Source: an uncultured Gammaproteobacteria bacterium
Lineage (GTDB): Bacteria; Pseudomonadota; Gammaproteobacteria; Arenicellales; CAJQKF01
Direction of reading: 5' to 3'
Assembly: GCA_905478855.1 (NCBI GenBank)
Contig: CAJQKF010000040.1
Coordinates: 7,076-71,075, forward strand
DNA: 64,000 bases
Shown: positions 22,220 to 30,755 of the stretch, one piece after another
Position numbering within the stretch: position 1 is the stretch's first letter
Layout of the letters: each line of letters starts with the position of its first letter
The notes under the pieces: generated by a model
What the model was told of the DNA's origin: nothing
Databases searched by the model: none
Seen by the model: only the letters and a program-made list of their open reading frames with translations
Translations under genes and position numbers: made by a program

Positions 22220-22846
22220 TTGAATTCTGCTGTGGGTATTTTTGGAGGAACTTTTGATCCTTTTCATAATTGTCATTTGACTATTTTGGAAGCCTTTCTG
22301 GAAGTCACTTCATTTGCTAAGGTTCACGTTATCCCTGCCAAAATACCGGCTCTTCGCGATAGTCCCGAATCAAGTGCAGAAGATCGTTTAGTAATGGCAC
22401 GGTTAGGCACCAAAGGGTTATCTAATGTTGTCTGCGATGATCGTGAGATCCAGCGGCCAGGGACGTCGTATACGATCGATAGTTTACGATCTTTGGCTAT
22501 CGAAAACGTACACCAACCTTTGATACTGGCTTTAGGGCGCGATGCCTTTGATCAAATGGAGAGCTGGGCCGATTGGGAAGAAATTTTTCAGCTGGCCAGT
22601 TTGGTGGTTTTTAATCGTCCCGGTAGTGATTATGCTGATAGCCCGCGATGGTTGCCAGCCTGTGCGCGAATTGTGAATTCATTTGATCAGTGTTCAAAGG
22701 CTGGTCAAGTACTCTTTTTGAAAAATAAACCATGTTACGGATCTGCGACCAAGATCCGTCGCTTATTGAAGGAAAACCTTAGTATTCATCATCTTGTACC
22801 ATCTGGCGTACATGAATACATAAAATCCCGGAATTTATATGTCTAA
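22220..22846 (+). CDS. nadD: Nicotinate-nucleotide adenylyltransferase
   Basis: FGGTFDP.H..H, SYTIDSL, SATKIR; synteny with rsfS; the HxGH motif reads HNCH. Confidence 0.9.
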   Translation: MNSAVGIFGGTFDPFHNCHLTILEAFLEVTSFAKVHVIPAKIPALRDSPESSAEDRLVMARLGTKGLSNVVCDDREIQRPGTSYTIDSLRSLAIENVHQPLILALGRDAFDQMESWADWEEIFQLASLVVFNRPGSDYADSPRWLPACARIVNSFDQCSKAGQVLFLKNKPCYGSATKIRRLLKENLSIHHLVPSGVHEYIKSRNLYV

Positions 22847-23213
22847 AGTAAGTAAAACGATATCCGATATTGATCACCTCTGTACTGAAGTCATTAGTTG
22901 TCTTGAAGACAATAAGGGTGAAAATATTGTTCAACTATCTGTCTCTAAATTGACCACTATTGCGGATTACTTTGTGATAGTGACAGGTAATTCATCACGG
23001 CATGTTCGTGCACTGGCGATTAATGCCGTAAGGGATCTGCGTGATAAAGGAATTAAATCATTGAGAATGGAAGGTGAGGATTCTGGCGAATGGGCGGTAA
23101 TTGATTATGGCGACATCATCATCCATGTCATGCAGCCTGAAGTTCGTGCATTTTATGATTTGGAATCTTTGTGGCGACCCGGGTCTGCACATATTGCTGA
23201 GAAGCTTCAATAA
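22839..23213 (+). CDS. rsfS: Ribosome silencing factor RsfS (Iojap)
   Basis: LEDNKGE, DYFVIVTG.SSRHV, EW..IDYGDIIIH, YDLESLW. Confidence 0.95.
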   Translation: MSKVSKTISDIDHLCTEVISCLEDNKGENIVQLSVSKLTTIADYFVIVTGNSSRHVRALAINAVRDLRDKGIKSLRMEGEDSGEWAVIDYGDIIIHVMQPEVRAFYDLESLWRPGSAHIAEKLQ

Positions 23214-23228
23214 GCCAATTTTATAAGC

Positions 23229-23696
23229 GTGAACTGTTATCTCATCGCAATCGGGAATCGTATGCCGACATGGGTAAATCAAGGTGTTGATGAATATCGT
23301 AAGCGAATTATAGGTTCGGTTTCTTTTAAAGTGATAGAAATCCCCGCAATTAAACGTGGAAAAAATCCCGATTTAAAACGCATTGCCGATCAGGAAGGAA
23401 AACTATTATTGGCGGCTTTACCGTCTAATGTTTTGCCGATCGCATTGGATCGGTTAGGAAAAGAATACGATACCGAGATGCTCGCAGTTCAGCTTCAGAC
23501 ATGGGTTGATGATGCGCAGGACGTAGCGTTTTTGGTGGGTGGTCCCGAAGGACTATCCGATCAATGTCTTGCTGAGTGCAGGCTGCGATTAAAACTTTCA
23601 ACGTTTACATTTTCCCATACAATTGTTCGTGTAATTCTGGCAGAACAACTTTACCGTGCGTTCAGTGTAACTCGAGGATTACCCTATCACCGCTAA
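23229..23696 (+). CDS. rlmH: 23S rRNA m3Psi1915 methyltransferase RlmH
   Basis: GNRMPTWV, VGGPEGL, EQLYRA, PYHR; GTG start. Confidence 0.95.
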   Translation: MNCYLIAIGNRMPTWVNQGVDEYRKRIIGSVSFKVIEIPAIKRGKNPDLKRIADQEGKLLLAALPSNVLPIALDRLGKEYDTEMLAVQLQTWVDDAQDVAFLVGGPEGLSDQCLAECRLRLKLSTFTFSHTIVRVILAEQLYRAFSVTRGLPYHR

Positions 23697-23703
23697 AAAC
23701 GCA

Positions 23704-24273
23704 ATGTTAGTACTCGCCTCGAGTTCTCCTCGACGACAAGAGTTGTTGATACAGATGGGGCTTTGCTATGAGCTGATAAATCCCGATATTGATGAAGCTG
23801 CTATTTATGAAAAAACCACTAAAGATCGTGTGTTGGCTATCGCGAAGGCTAAACTTGAAGCGGCAGTTGCGATGACAGGCTATACCGATACGCTTCCAGT
23901 ACTTGCTGCTGATACTTCTATCGAGTGCAATAAAGTGGAATTTGGAAAACCTTTAGACGAACACCACGCATCTCAAATGCTAAGAGCTTTATCTGGAATG
24001 GCACATCAGGTTTATACTGCCGTAGTCGTTAAGACGGCTGCTGGGGTAATCTGTGATACTGTGACAACTACAGTGTGGTTTCGGCAGTTAAGTGACGAAG
24101 ATATTGGTGAATATTGTCGCTCCAAAGAGCCGCTCGGTAAGGCAGGCGCGTACGCGATTCAGGGAAAAGGTGCGATGTTTGTTAAACGAATAGACGGGAG
24201 TTACAGTAATGTCGTGGGACTGCCGATTTTTGAAACAGCAAATTTGCTGAAGATTGCAGGAGTAGCGCTATGA
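23704..24273 (+). CDS. maf: Maf-family (YhdE-type) nucleoside triphosphate pyrophosphatase
   Basis: LASSSPRR, AADT, GKP, KAGAYAIQG, NVVGLP. Confidence 0.93.
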   Translation: MLVLASSSPRRQELLIQMGLCYELINPDIDEAAIYEKTTKDRVLAIAKAKLEAAVAMTGYTDTLPVLAADTSIECNKVEFGKPLDEHHASQMLRALSGMAHQVYTAVVVKTAAGVICDTVTTTVWFRQLSDEDIGEYCRSKEPLGKAGAYAIQGKGAMFVKRIDGSYSNVVGLPIFETANLLKIAGVAL

Positions 24274-25736
24274 CTGAAGAAATTTTGGTTAATATAACGC
24301 CACAAGAGACCCGCGTTGCTTTTGTTGAAAACGGTGTGTTGCAAGAAGTGCACATTGAGAGAAGTCATGGAAAGGGAATCACGGGAAATGTTTATCGGGG
24401 AAAAGTAGTTCGCGTGTTACCCGGTATGCAAGCAGCATTCGTAAATATAGGTTTGGAGCGCACAGGATTTCTGCATGCCGGAGATATTCTTGTGAATCAT
24501 GTAAAGGAAGGCACTAATCCTGATGAAAAAGGCTTGATTAGTAATTTGGTTCGCGAAGGTGAGCATATTGTTGTGCAGGCGATTAAAGACCCGATCGGCA
24601 CCAAAGGCGCGCGGTTGACTACTAATATTGCCATACCGTCGCGTAATTTAGTTTACTTGCCAGGTACGGATTATGTCGGAATATCCCAGAGAATTTCGGG
24701 TGACGAGGATCGTAAACGCCTTAAAAAGCTAGTTACTGAAGTTCGTGATCAAGAGCAGATAAAAGGCGGCTTTATTGTGCGTACGGCAGGGGAATCTGTC
24801 ACGAGTCCCGATGTTTTGCAGGATATACAATTCTTATGCCGAATCTGGGAGCGTATTGAAAAACAGAAAACAGAAGTAAAGTTAGGGTTGCTGCATGAAG
24901 ACCTACCCCTTGCTATGCGAACATTACGAGACTTAGCCACAGACGAGATCGAAAGAATTCGCATCGATTCTCGGGAGACATATGCTCGCGCCAGAGGTTT
25001 GGCTATGGATCTTGTCCCGGATGTCGTTCAGAAAATGGAATATTATCCCGGAGAACGTCCCATATTCGATCTGTATTCGGTTGAAGACGAAATACAAAAA
25101 GCGCTTGATCGCGCAGTGCCGCTTAAGTCTGGGGGGCATCTTGTGTTTGATCAGACAGAAGCCATGACAACGGTTGATGTTAATACTGGAGCCTACGTCG
25201 GCAAGCGTAACGTTGAGGAAACGCTTTTTAAAACTAATCTTGAAGCGACACAGTGTATTGCGCGACAATTGCGATTAAGAAATTTGGGTGGCATTATTAT
25301 TGTCGATTTTATTGATATGCAGCAGGAAGAGCATCGTCGTCAAGTAATGCGAGCGCTTGACAAGGCGTTAGGTAGAGACGGTGTGCGCGCACTAATAGCT
25401 GATATGTCCTCACTGGGTCTGGTTGAAATTACGCGCAAACGAACGAGAGAAAGCCTTGAACGGACGCTGACACAACCATGCTCGGCCTGTTCAGGTAGGG
25501 GTGTGCAGAAGACTTCACAGACTATCTGTTACGAAATATTTCGTGAGCTACTTCGTGAGTCGCGTCAGTTTGAAGCCGAAGGATTAATGGTATTAGCTTC
25601 ACAGGCTGTAATTGATATGCTCGAAGATGAGGAATCGACGGGTCTAGCTGATTTACAGGCATTTATTGGCCATCCTATTCAACTACAAGTTGAACCCGCA
25701 TATACACAGGAGATGTTTGATGTGGTTTTACTGTAA
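24270..25736 (+). CDS. rng: Ribonuclease G
   Basis: RVLPGMQAAFV S1 domain, KGARLTT, EAMTTVDVNTG, LRNLGGIIIVDFIDM; 488 aa with no RNase E C-terminal tail. Confidence 0.96.
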   Translation: MTEEILVNITPQETRVAFVENGVLQEVHIERSHGKGITGNVYRGKVVRVLPGMQAAFVNIGLERTGFLHAGDILVNHVKEGTNPDEKGLISNLVREGEHIVVQAIKDPIGTKGARLTTNIAIPSRNLVYLPGTDYVGISQRISGDEDRKRLKKLVTEVRDQEQIKGGFIVRTAGESVTSPDVLQDIQFLCRIWERIEKQKTEVKLGLLHEDLPLAMRTLRDLATDEIERIRIDSRETYARARGLAMDLVPDVVQKMEYYPGERPIFDLYSVEDEIQKALDRAVPLKSGGHLVFDQTEAMTTVDVNTGAYVGKRNVEETLFKTNLEATQCIARQLRLRNLGGIIIVDFIDMQQEEHRRQVMRALDKALGRDGVRALIADMSSLGLVEITRKRTRESLERTLTQPCSACSGRGVQKTSQTICYEIFRELLRESRQFEAEGLMVLASQAVIDMLEDEESTGLADLQAFIGHPIQLQVEPAYTQEMFDVVLL

Positions 25737-26079
25737 ACTAACTCTATCTGCTAGTTTGATGTTGTTGGCCTGCACAGTTGTGAATGCCGATAGTTGGCGA
25801 GCGGATATTTCCCGAGCAGATTGGGTGCTAAATGTACGAGAGCACTCTGTTCAGCAAATAGAGCCGTTAACAAGACTACTGGATACCTTTATAGAAGCAC
25901 AAGGGAATAAGATAGTAATTCGTTATCCGGGTGGTGACGAAGGAGAGCGGTGGATAACTCAACTTATTGCATATTTGGTCTCTTTGGGTATCCCGTCGTC
26001 CTTTATTGAACAAGAACCTGGTTCAGGTAGACAGGGTATGATACGACTTGTCGTTGAGCAGAATGAGTCCAAACCTTAA
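25720..26079 (+). CDS. Small exported hypothetical protein (C-terminal half loosely OmpA_C-like)
   Basis: ATG at 25720 with CAGGAG 7 nt upstream; signal peptide-like MWFYCKLTLSASLMLLACTVVNA; fills the gap between rng and nit. Confidence 0.7.
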   Translation: MWFYCKLTLSASLMLLACTVVNADSWRADISRADWVLNVREHSVQQIEPLTRLLDTFIEAQGNKIVIRYPGGDEGERWITQLIAYLVSLGIPSSFIEQEPGSGRQGMIRLVVEQNESKP

Positions 26080-26127
26080 GTTTTTGTAGATGATCGGTGT
26101 ACAGCATTATTTTGGGTAACTAGTGTT

Positions 26128-26967
26128 TTGAAAAAATTGCCAAGAGTTGCGGCCGTTCAGTTAACGTCAAGTGACGATGTTGAAGAGAACCTGGAAAAGA
26201 TTGAGCATTATTCGATGCAAGCTGCAGGGAAGGGCGCTCAGTTAGTTTCGTTTCCCGAAAATTGTGTATTAATGCCGAAATCTTCATCTCAGTTAGTAGA
26301 GGTAGCACAACAACAATCAATTCAGATTAGAGAACGGTTAACTGAAATATCTAAGGCAAATGAAATTTGTCTTATCGCCGGTTCTATACCCTTTCCCAGT
26401 GAAGATGTTAGTCGAGTTTATGGAACCTGTTTGGCATTTGGTTTAGATGGCAATATTGTCGGTCGTTATCAAAAAATGCATTTATTTGATGTAACGATTT
26501 CTAGTTCGGAGTCCTATCTAGAATCTGACTATACCAAAGCGGGTGAGGAGGTTGTTTGTATAGACACCCCTGTTGGTCGTGTTGGACTTACGATCTGCTA
26601 CGACATTCGATTTCCTGAGCTGTATCGAGGTCTTGGGCGATTGCAAGCGGACATTTTCAATATCCCGTCTGCGTTTACAGTGCCTACTGGTATTGCGCAC
26701 TGGGAGGTTCTTCTGCGTGCACGGGCCATAGAAAATTTGAGTTATGTTATTGCCCCAGCTCAAGTTGGAAACCATCCTAGTGGGCGAAAGACTTATGGGC
26801 ATACCATGATTATCGATCCGTGGGGTAAAGTGCTATCGTCTAAAGGAAGTGGGGAAGGAGTTTGTTATGCGAGTATTGATTTAGCTCATTTAAATTCCGT
26901 AAGATCTACATTTCCTGCGCGTGATCATAGGCGTTTTTCTGAGGAGAATTTAAACTATGAACACTGA
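26128..26967 (+). CDS. Carbon-nitrogen hydrolase, Nit1/YbeM type (deaminated glutathione amidase-like)
   Basis: Glu-Lys-Cys triad in FPEN, YQKMHLFD and ICYDIRFPE; TG.AHWEVLLRARAIEN; TYGHTMIIDPWG. Confidence 0.9.
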   Translation: MKKLPRVAAVQLTSSDDVEENLEKIEHYSMQAAGKGAQLVSFPENCVLMPKSSSQLVEVAQQQSIQIRERLTEISKANEICLIAGSIPFPSEDVSRVYGTCLAFGLDGNIVGRYQKMHLFDVTISSSESYLESDYTKAGEEVVCIDTPVGRVGLTICYDIRFPELYRGLGRLQADIFNIPSAFTVPTGIAHWEVLLRARAIENLSYVIAPAQVGNHPSGRKTYGHTMIIDPWGKVLSSKGSGEGVCYASIDLAHLNSVRSTFPARDHRRFSEENLNYEH

Positions 26968-27988
26968 TCTGGTTGCAGATTTGAAACGCTGTGAGCGTAA
27001 GGTGTTTTTAGATGAACCGACATCTTTTCACGCGTTAAACCATTTGGCGAAAACTATCGGTGGCCCAGAACTTTATATCAAGCGAGACGATATGGGTCCG
27101 TTGGCATTTGGTGGTAATAAACTTAGGCAGCTTGAGTTTTATTTTGGTGATGCAGTCGCTCGTGGTGCGGATACGATTCTTATTACCGGGGCTGTCCAAT
27201 CGAATTTTGTTCGACTGGCTGCGGCCTGCGCTGCTAAGCTAGGTATGCATTGTCATATCCAACTTGAAGAACGTGTAAGCAAGATGGACGTTAATTATCG
27301 CAACTCAGGTAACGTGTTGCTAAATCAAATTTTAGGTGCAACCTTACATAGTTATCCTGCGGGAGAAGATGAGAGAGGTGCGGATCTAAATTTGGAAAAA
27401 TTGGCGCTAAATGTGCGTGAGCAAGGCGGTATACCTTATGTTATTCATCTAAGTAGCGACTATCCCTCCATTGGTGCTCTGGGTTATGTAGCTGGAGCTA
27501 TTGAGTTAGCTCAACAGATTCAATCGAGAAATATAACGTTATCGGCTATCGTCGTGCCTTCTGGAAGTGGCGCGACCCATGCGGGGATGTTGTACGGTAT
27601 GCGCGCTTTAGGCATCTCTACGCCGATTATTGGGGCTTGTGTTAGAAGATCTGCCTCTGAGCAAGTACATCGCATCAGAACCCACTGCGACAGCATGGCA
27701 AGACAACTCCGGCAAACTAACCCGGTTGGAACTGACGATATTATTTTAAATGAGAAATTTTTGGCGCCTGGCTACGGCCGAGCTGGAGCCCACGCAAATG
27801 AAGCGATAAAACTTTCTGCGCGTTTGGAAGGCATCATTCTAGACCCCGTGTATAGTGCGAAGAGCTTTGCGTGTTTTATTGATTATGCTCGGAGAAATAT
27901 AAACGGAGACCCTTTGCTGTTTCTTCATACAGGAGGATTACCTGCTATATTTGCGTATCAGGATGATATGTTGGCTGCAGTATCATAG
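26957..27988 (+). CDS. PLP enzyme of the D-cysteine desulfhydrase / cysteate sulfo-lyase / ACC deaminase family
   Basis: KRDD, GGNK (PLP lysine), QSN, SGNVLL, GALGY, SGSGATHAG, LDPVYSAK, HTGG. Confidence 0.88.
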   Translation: MNTDLVADLKRCERKVFLDEPTSFHALNHLAKTIGGPELYIKRDDMGPLAFGGNKLRQLEFYFGDAVARGADTILITGAVQSNFVRLAAACAAKLGMHCHIQLEERVSKMDVNYRNSGNVLLNQILGATLHSYPAGEDERGADLNLEKLALNVREQGGIPYVIHLSSDYPSIGALGYVAGAIELAQQIQSRNITLSAIVVPSGSGATHAGMLYGMRALGISTPIIGACVRRSASEQVHRIRTHCDSMARQLRQTNPVGTDDIILNEKFLAPGYGRAGAHANEAIKLSARLEGIILDPVYSAKSFACFIDYARRNINGDPLLFLHTGGLPAIFAYQDDMLAAVS

Positions 27989-28033
27989 GGCCTTATAAGC
28001 ATTGTGGAATATTCATAGTTATAACTAACGGTG

Positions 28034-28819
28034 TTAGGTGTTTAGTATTTTGAGAGCTTGGCCATGTAACTTTAAATTGGCTGCTGCAAGCACGGTGCCA
28101 TCAGATTCATTGGTTAGTCGTTTGCCGTTCCAATCTGTTATTTTGCCTCCCGCCCCTTCAACGATTGGTATCAGTGCCAGAAAATCGTAAGGCTTTAGAT
28201 CCGCTTCAATAACTAAGTCTGTGTGACCACTTGCAAGCAATCCATAGCCCAGACAATCCGTTCCGAACGCTCTGACACAAGTTACTTCGCTAAGCTTTTT
28301 GAATTGTATCCATTGCTCTGAATTGAACATTTCGGGTGTTGTCGATAACACTACAGCATCTTTTAATGATGCATTACTAGTGCTACATTTTTTACCGTTA
28401 TGGGTTGTGTCCTTATGAGTGATTCCTAGCCATCTTTCTTTAAGAAGTGGCATTTCGATCACACCAAGCATCGGTTTGTCATGGTGTCCCAGAGCAATCA
28501 AAGAGCCGAAGGTTGGAACGCCTGCGACAAAACTTTTTGTCCCGTCAATAGGGTCTAGTGTCCATTGCCAAGGTGTGGAGCCTTTAGTAAGGCCGAATTC
28601 TTCACCAAAAATACTGTGATCTGGGTGACGTGATTGAATCAATTCACGCATTTCCTTTTCTATTTGCTGGTCCGCTGCAGTTATGGGGCTGAGATCCGAT
28701 TTTCTATTTACACTAATTTTTTGCCGAAAGTGCGCAGCAGTTACCAGACGGGCGATATCAGCTAGTAGATTCGACGTTTCAATAAATGTATCTTCGAGTT
28801 GAGGAAGGGTGTCAGTCAT
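28034..28819 (-). CDS. hisN: Histidinol-phosphate phosphatase, inositol monophosphatase family
   Basis: GEEFG, LDPIDGTKSF..GVP.FGSLIAL, DC.GYGLLASG, LKPYD; matches the HisN subfamily pattern. Confidence 0.75.
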   Translation of the reverse strand: MTDTLPQLEDTFIETSNLLADIARLVTAAHFRQKISVNRKSDLSPITAADQQIEKEMRELIQSRHPDHSIFGEEFGLTKGSTPWQWTLDPIDGTKSFVAGVPTFGSLIALGHHDKPMLGVIEMPLLKERWLGITHKDTTHNGKKCSTSNASLKDAVVLSTTPEMFNSEQWIQFKKLSEVTCVRAFGTDCLGYGLLASGHTDLVIEADLKPYDFLALIPIVEGAGGKITDWNGKRLTNESDGTVLAAANLKLHGQALKILNT

Positions 28820-28974
28820 AGAATTTACGGTTATTTAAGATTAAGTCCAACGGGGCTTTTGATTGTACTGTTTTACACTTAAACTACGTAGAAATTTTCT
28901 ATCTAAAGTGCATCAATCGAAAATGCACACTCTTAATTAAACGAAAAAAACTGGAGAATCGTAAGGGTAAGCCC

Positions 28975-29481
28975 ATGAATCAATCCGAAGAGTTACTAAA
29001 TATTGTTGATGATTTTGATGTTGTTATCGATACTCTTACTAGGGGCGAGATTCATCTTCGTAATCTTAAACATAGGTCCGTGCATCTATTGGTTTTTGAT
29101 TCTGCGGGCCGTGTATATTTACAGAAACGTTCGCTAACGAAAGATAACAACCCCGGTCTCTGGGATTCAAGTGTTTCAGGGCACGTGGATGCGGGGGAGA
29201 GCTATGACTCCTGTGTCATTCGTGAGGCCCAGGAAGAAATAGGCTTACATTTGAAAGAAGTGCCAGAGAGATTATTTAAATTAGATGCATGTAATGCTAC
29301 CGGAAACGAGTTTACCTGGATATATCGTTGTATATCCGAAGGACCATTCGTTTTACATTCAGAAGAAATTGATTATTGCGAATGGTTTACACCAGAGACT
29401 GTAGATCATTGGCTACTTGAGGATTCGAGTACAATGGCGAGAAGCGCTCAGCTTATTTGGCGAACTTACCGATCTTTGTAA
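28975..29481 (+). CDS. NUDIX hydrolase (YfcD/IDI-like)
   Basis: Nudix box GHVDAGESYDSCVIREAQEEIG; HRSVH, QKRS..K..NPGLWD; lacks the catalytic Cys of IPP isomerase. Confidence 0.85.
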   Translation: MNQSEELLNIVDDFDVVIDTLTRGEIHLRNLKHRSVHLLVFDSAGRVYLQKRSLTKDNNPGLWDSSVSGHVDAGESYDSCVIREAQEEIGLHLKEVPERLFKLDACNATGNEFTWIYRCISEGPFVLHSEEIDYCEWFTPETVDHWLLEDSSTMARSAQLIWRTYRSL

Positions 29482-30728
29482 GCGCGATGTACTTCCTCAG
29501 CAATAATATCTATTCCGTCTGAGACCGTTTTGTCATCAGTCGCATAGCTTATTCGTATGCACTCTCGCTGATGTCTCCAGGTTGAATCTACGATTCCTGG
29601 AAAAAATTTTTCACCCGGAATAACATATACGCCCCGTGTTTTAAGTCTTTTGTATAAGCACTGGCTCGTTATTGGTAGTCCCTCTAGCCATAACCAAAGG
29701 AAAATAGCGCCTTCCGGCTCATGTATGTGGTAGGGCAGACCGGCCAATTCATTATGAAGCATAGCAACGGCAGAGAGTGCTTTGGCTTTGTAAAATGGCC
29801 TTATATATGCATCAGAAAGTTGAATTATTTTCTCGTTAGTTAGAGATTTAGTCATGAGGGTAGGGCCAAAGCTTCCCGGGGCCAGGCTTAAAATAGCATT
29901 AGCGGAAGAAATTCTTCTGATGATTGATTCATTCGCGACGACAATTCCGGTTCGAATGCCAGCCAGTCCCAGCTTTGACAGACTCATGCATACGACTGTA
30001 TTTTCATCCCAGTAGGGTTTTACATCATTAAAAATGATGTTGGGAAAAGGTGTGCCATACGCGCAGTCCAATATCAGCGGAATGTTTATTCTTTCACAAA
30101 GTTTCCGTAACTTTTCTATTTCCCCGTTTGTGAGCACATTACCGGTCGGATTTGTTGGTCTACTGACACACATTGCACCGATATTATTACTAACGTCAAG
30201 CTGGTCAAAGTCTACTCTGTACTTAAACATCTGATTTTCAAGACGTTCTATTTTAGGAAGATTTGCAACGAAAATTTCTTCCCCAAGACCTGCGTCAGCA
30301 TATCCAACATATTCAGGAATGAGTGGTAGCAGAATCTTTTTAGTCTTTTGGCCGCTAAATTTTCCTGAGAAAAGATTAAACAGCACAAAAAACGACGACT
30401 GACTACCATTGGTTATTGCAATGTTCTTTTCGCTAATTGGCCACCCATATTTCTTAACTAAAAGTTGTGCCAGCGCCCCGCGAAACTCGGGATTGCCAAT
30501 TGGACTGTCGTATTTGGCAACCATGTCTTCAAATACGTTTCCGTCAGCAAGCAAATCGGTCATTAATTGCCGGAAATAATTTTCTACTTCATCAATACGA
30601 CCAGGATTTCCACCGCCTAACATAATAACCCTGGAATCAGATTGGTCGGCAGAGCCAAGATCGTCCATTAGCTGGACGATCCCACTTCCATGATTCAGGA
30701 AGTTTCCAAAGTCAGAGAATTGCTGCAT
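29466..30728 (-). CDS. avtA: Valine--pyruvate aminotransferase
   Basis: SGIVQLMDDL, LGGGNP, TNGSQS, SRPTNPTGNVL, D.AYG.PFP, SLSKLGL.G.RTG. Confidence 0.93.
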   Translation of the reverse strand: MQQFSDFGNFLNHGSGIVQLMDDLGSADQSDSRVIMLGGGNPGRIDEVENYFRQLMTDLLADGNVFEDMVAKYDSPIGNPEFRGALAQLLVKKYGWPISEKNIAITNGSQSSFFVLFNLFSGKFSGQKTKKILLPLIPEYVGYADAGLGEEIFVANLPKIERLENQMFKYRVDFDQLDVSNNIGAMCVSRPTNPTGNVLTNGEIEKLRKLCERINIPLILDCAYGTPFPNIIFNDVKPYWDENTVVCMSLSKLGLAGIRTGIVVANESIIRRISSANAILSLAPGSFGPTLMTKSLTNEKIIQLSDAYIRPFYKAKALSAVAMLHNELAGLPYHIHEPEGAIFLWLWLEGLPITSQCLYKRLKTRGVYVIPGEKFFPGIVDSTWRHQRECIRISYATDDKTVSDGIDIIAEEVHRAYKDR

Positions 30729-30755
30729 GAGTTTCTGAGAAATTACCTAGCTCAT

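Noticed and set aside
26957-27988. ACC deaminase (acdS) call
   Set aside because: Lacks the diagnostic Glu of DPVYEGK and the Leu of HLGG (has DPVYSAK and HTGG)
28975-29481. Isopentenyl-diphosphate isomerase (idi) call
   Set aside because: The catalytic Cys is absent (WDSSVSGH), so only a generic NUDIX call is kept
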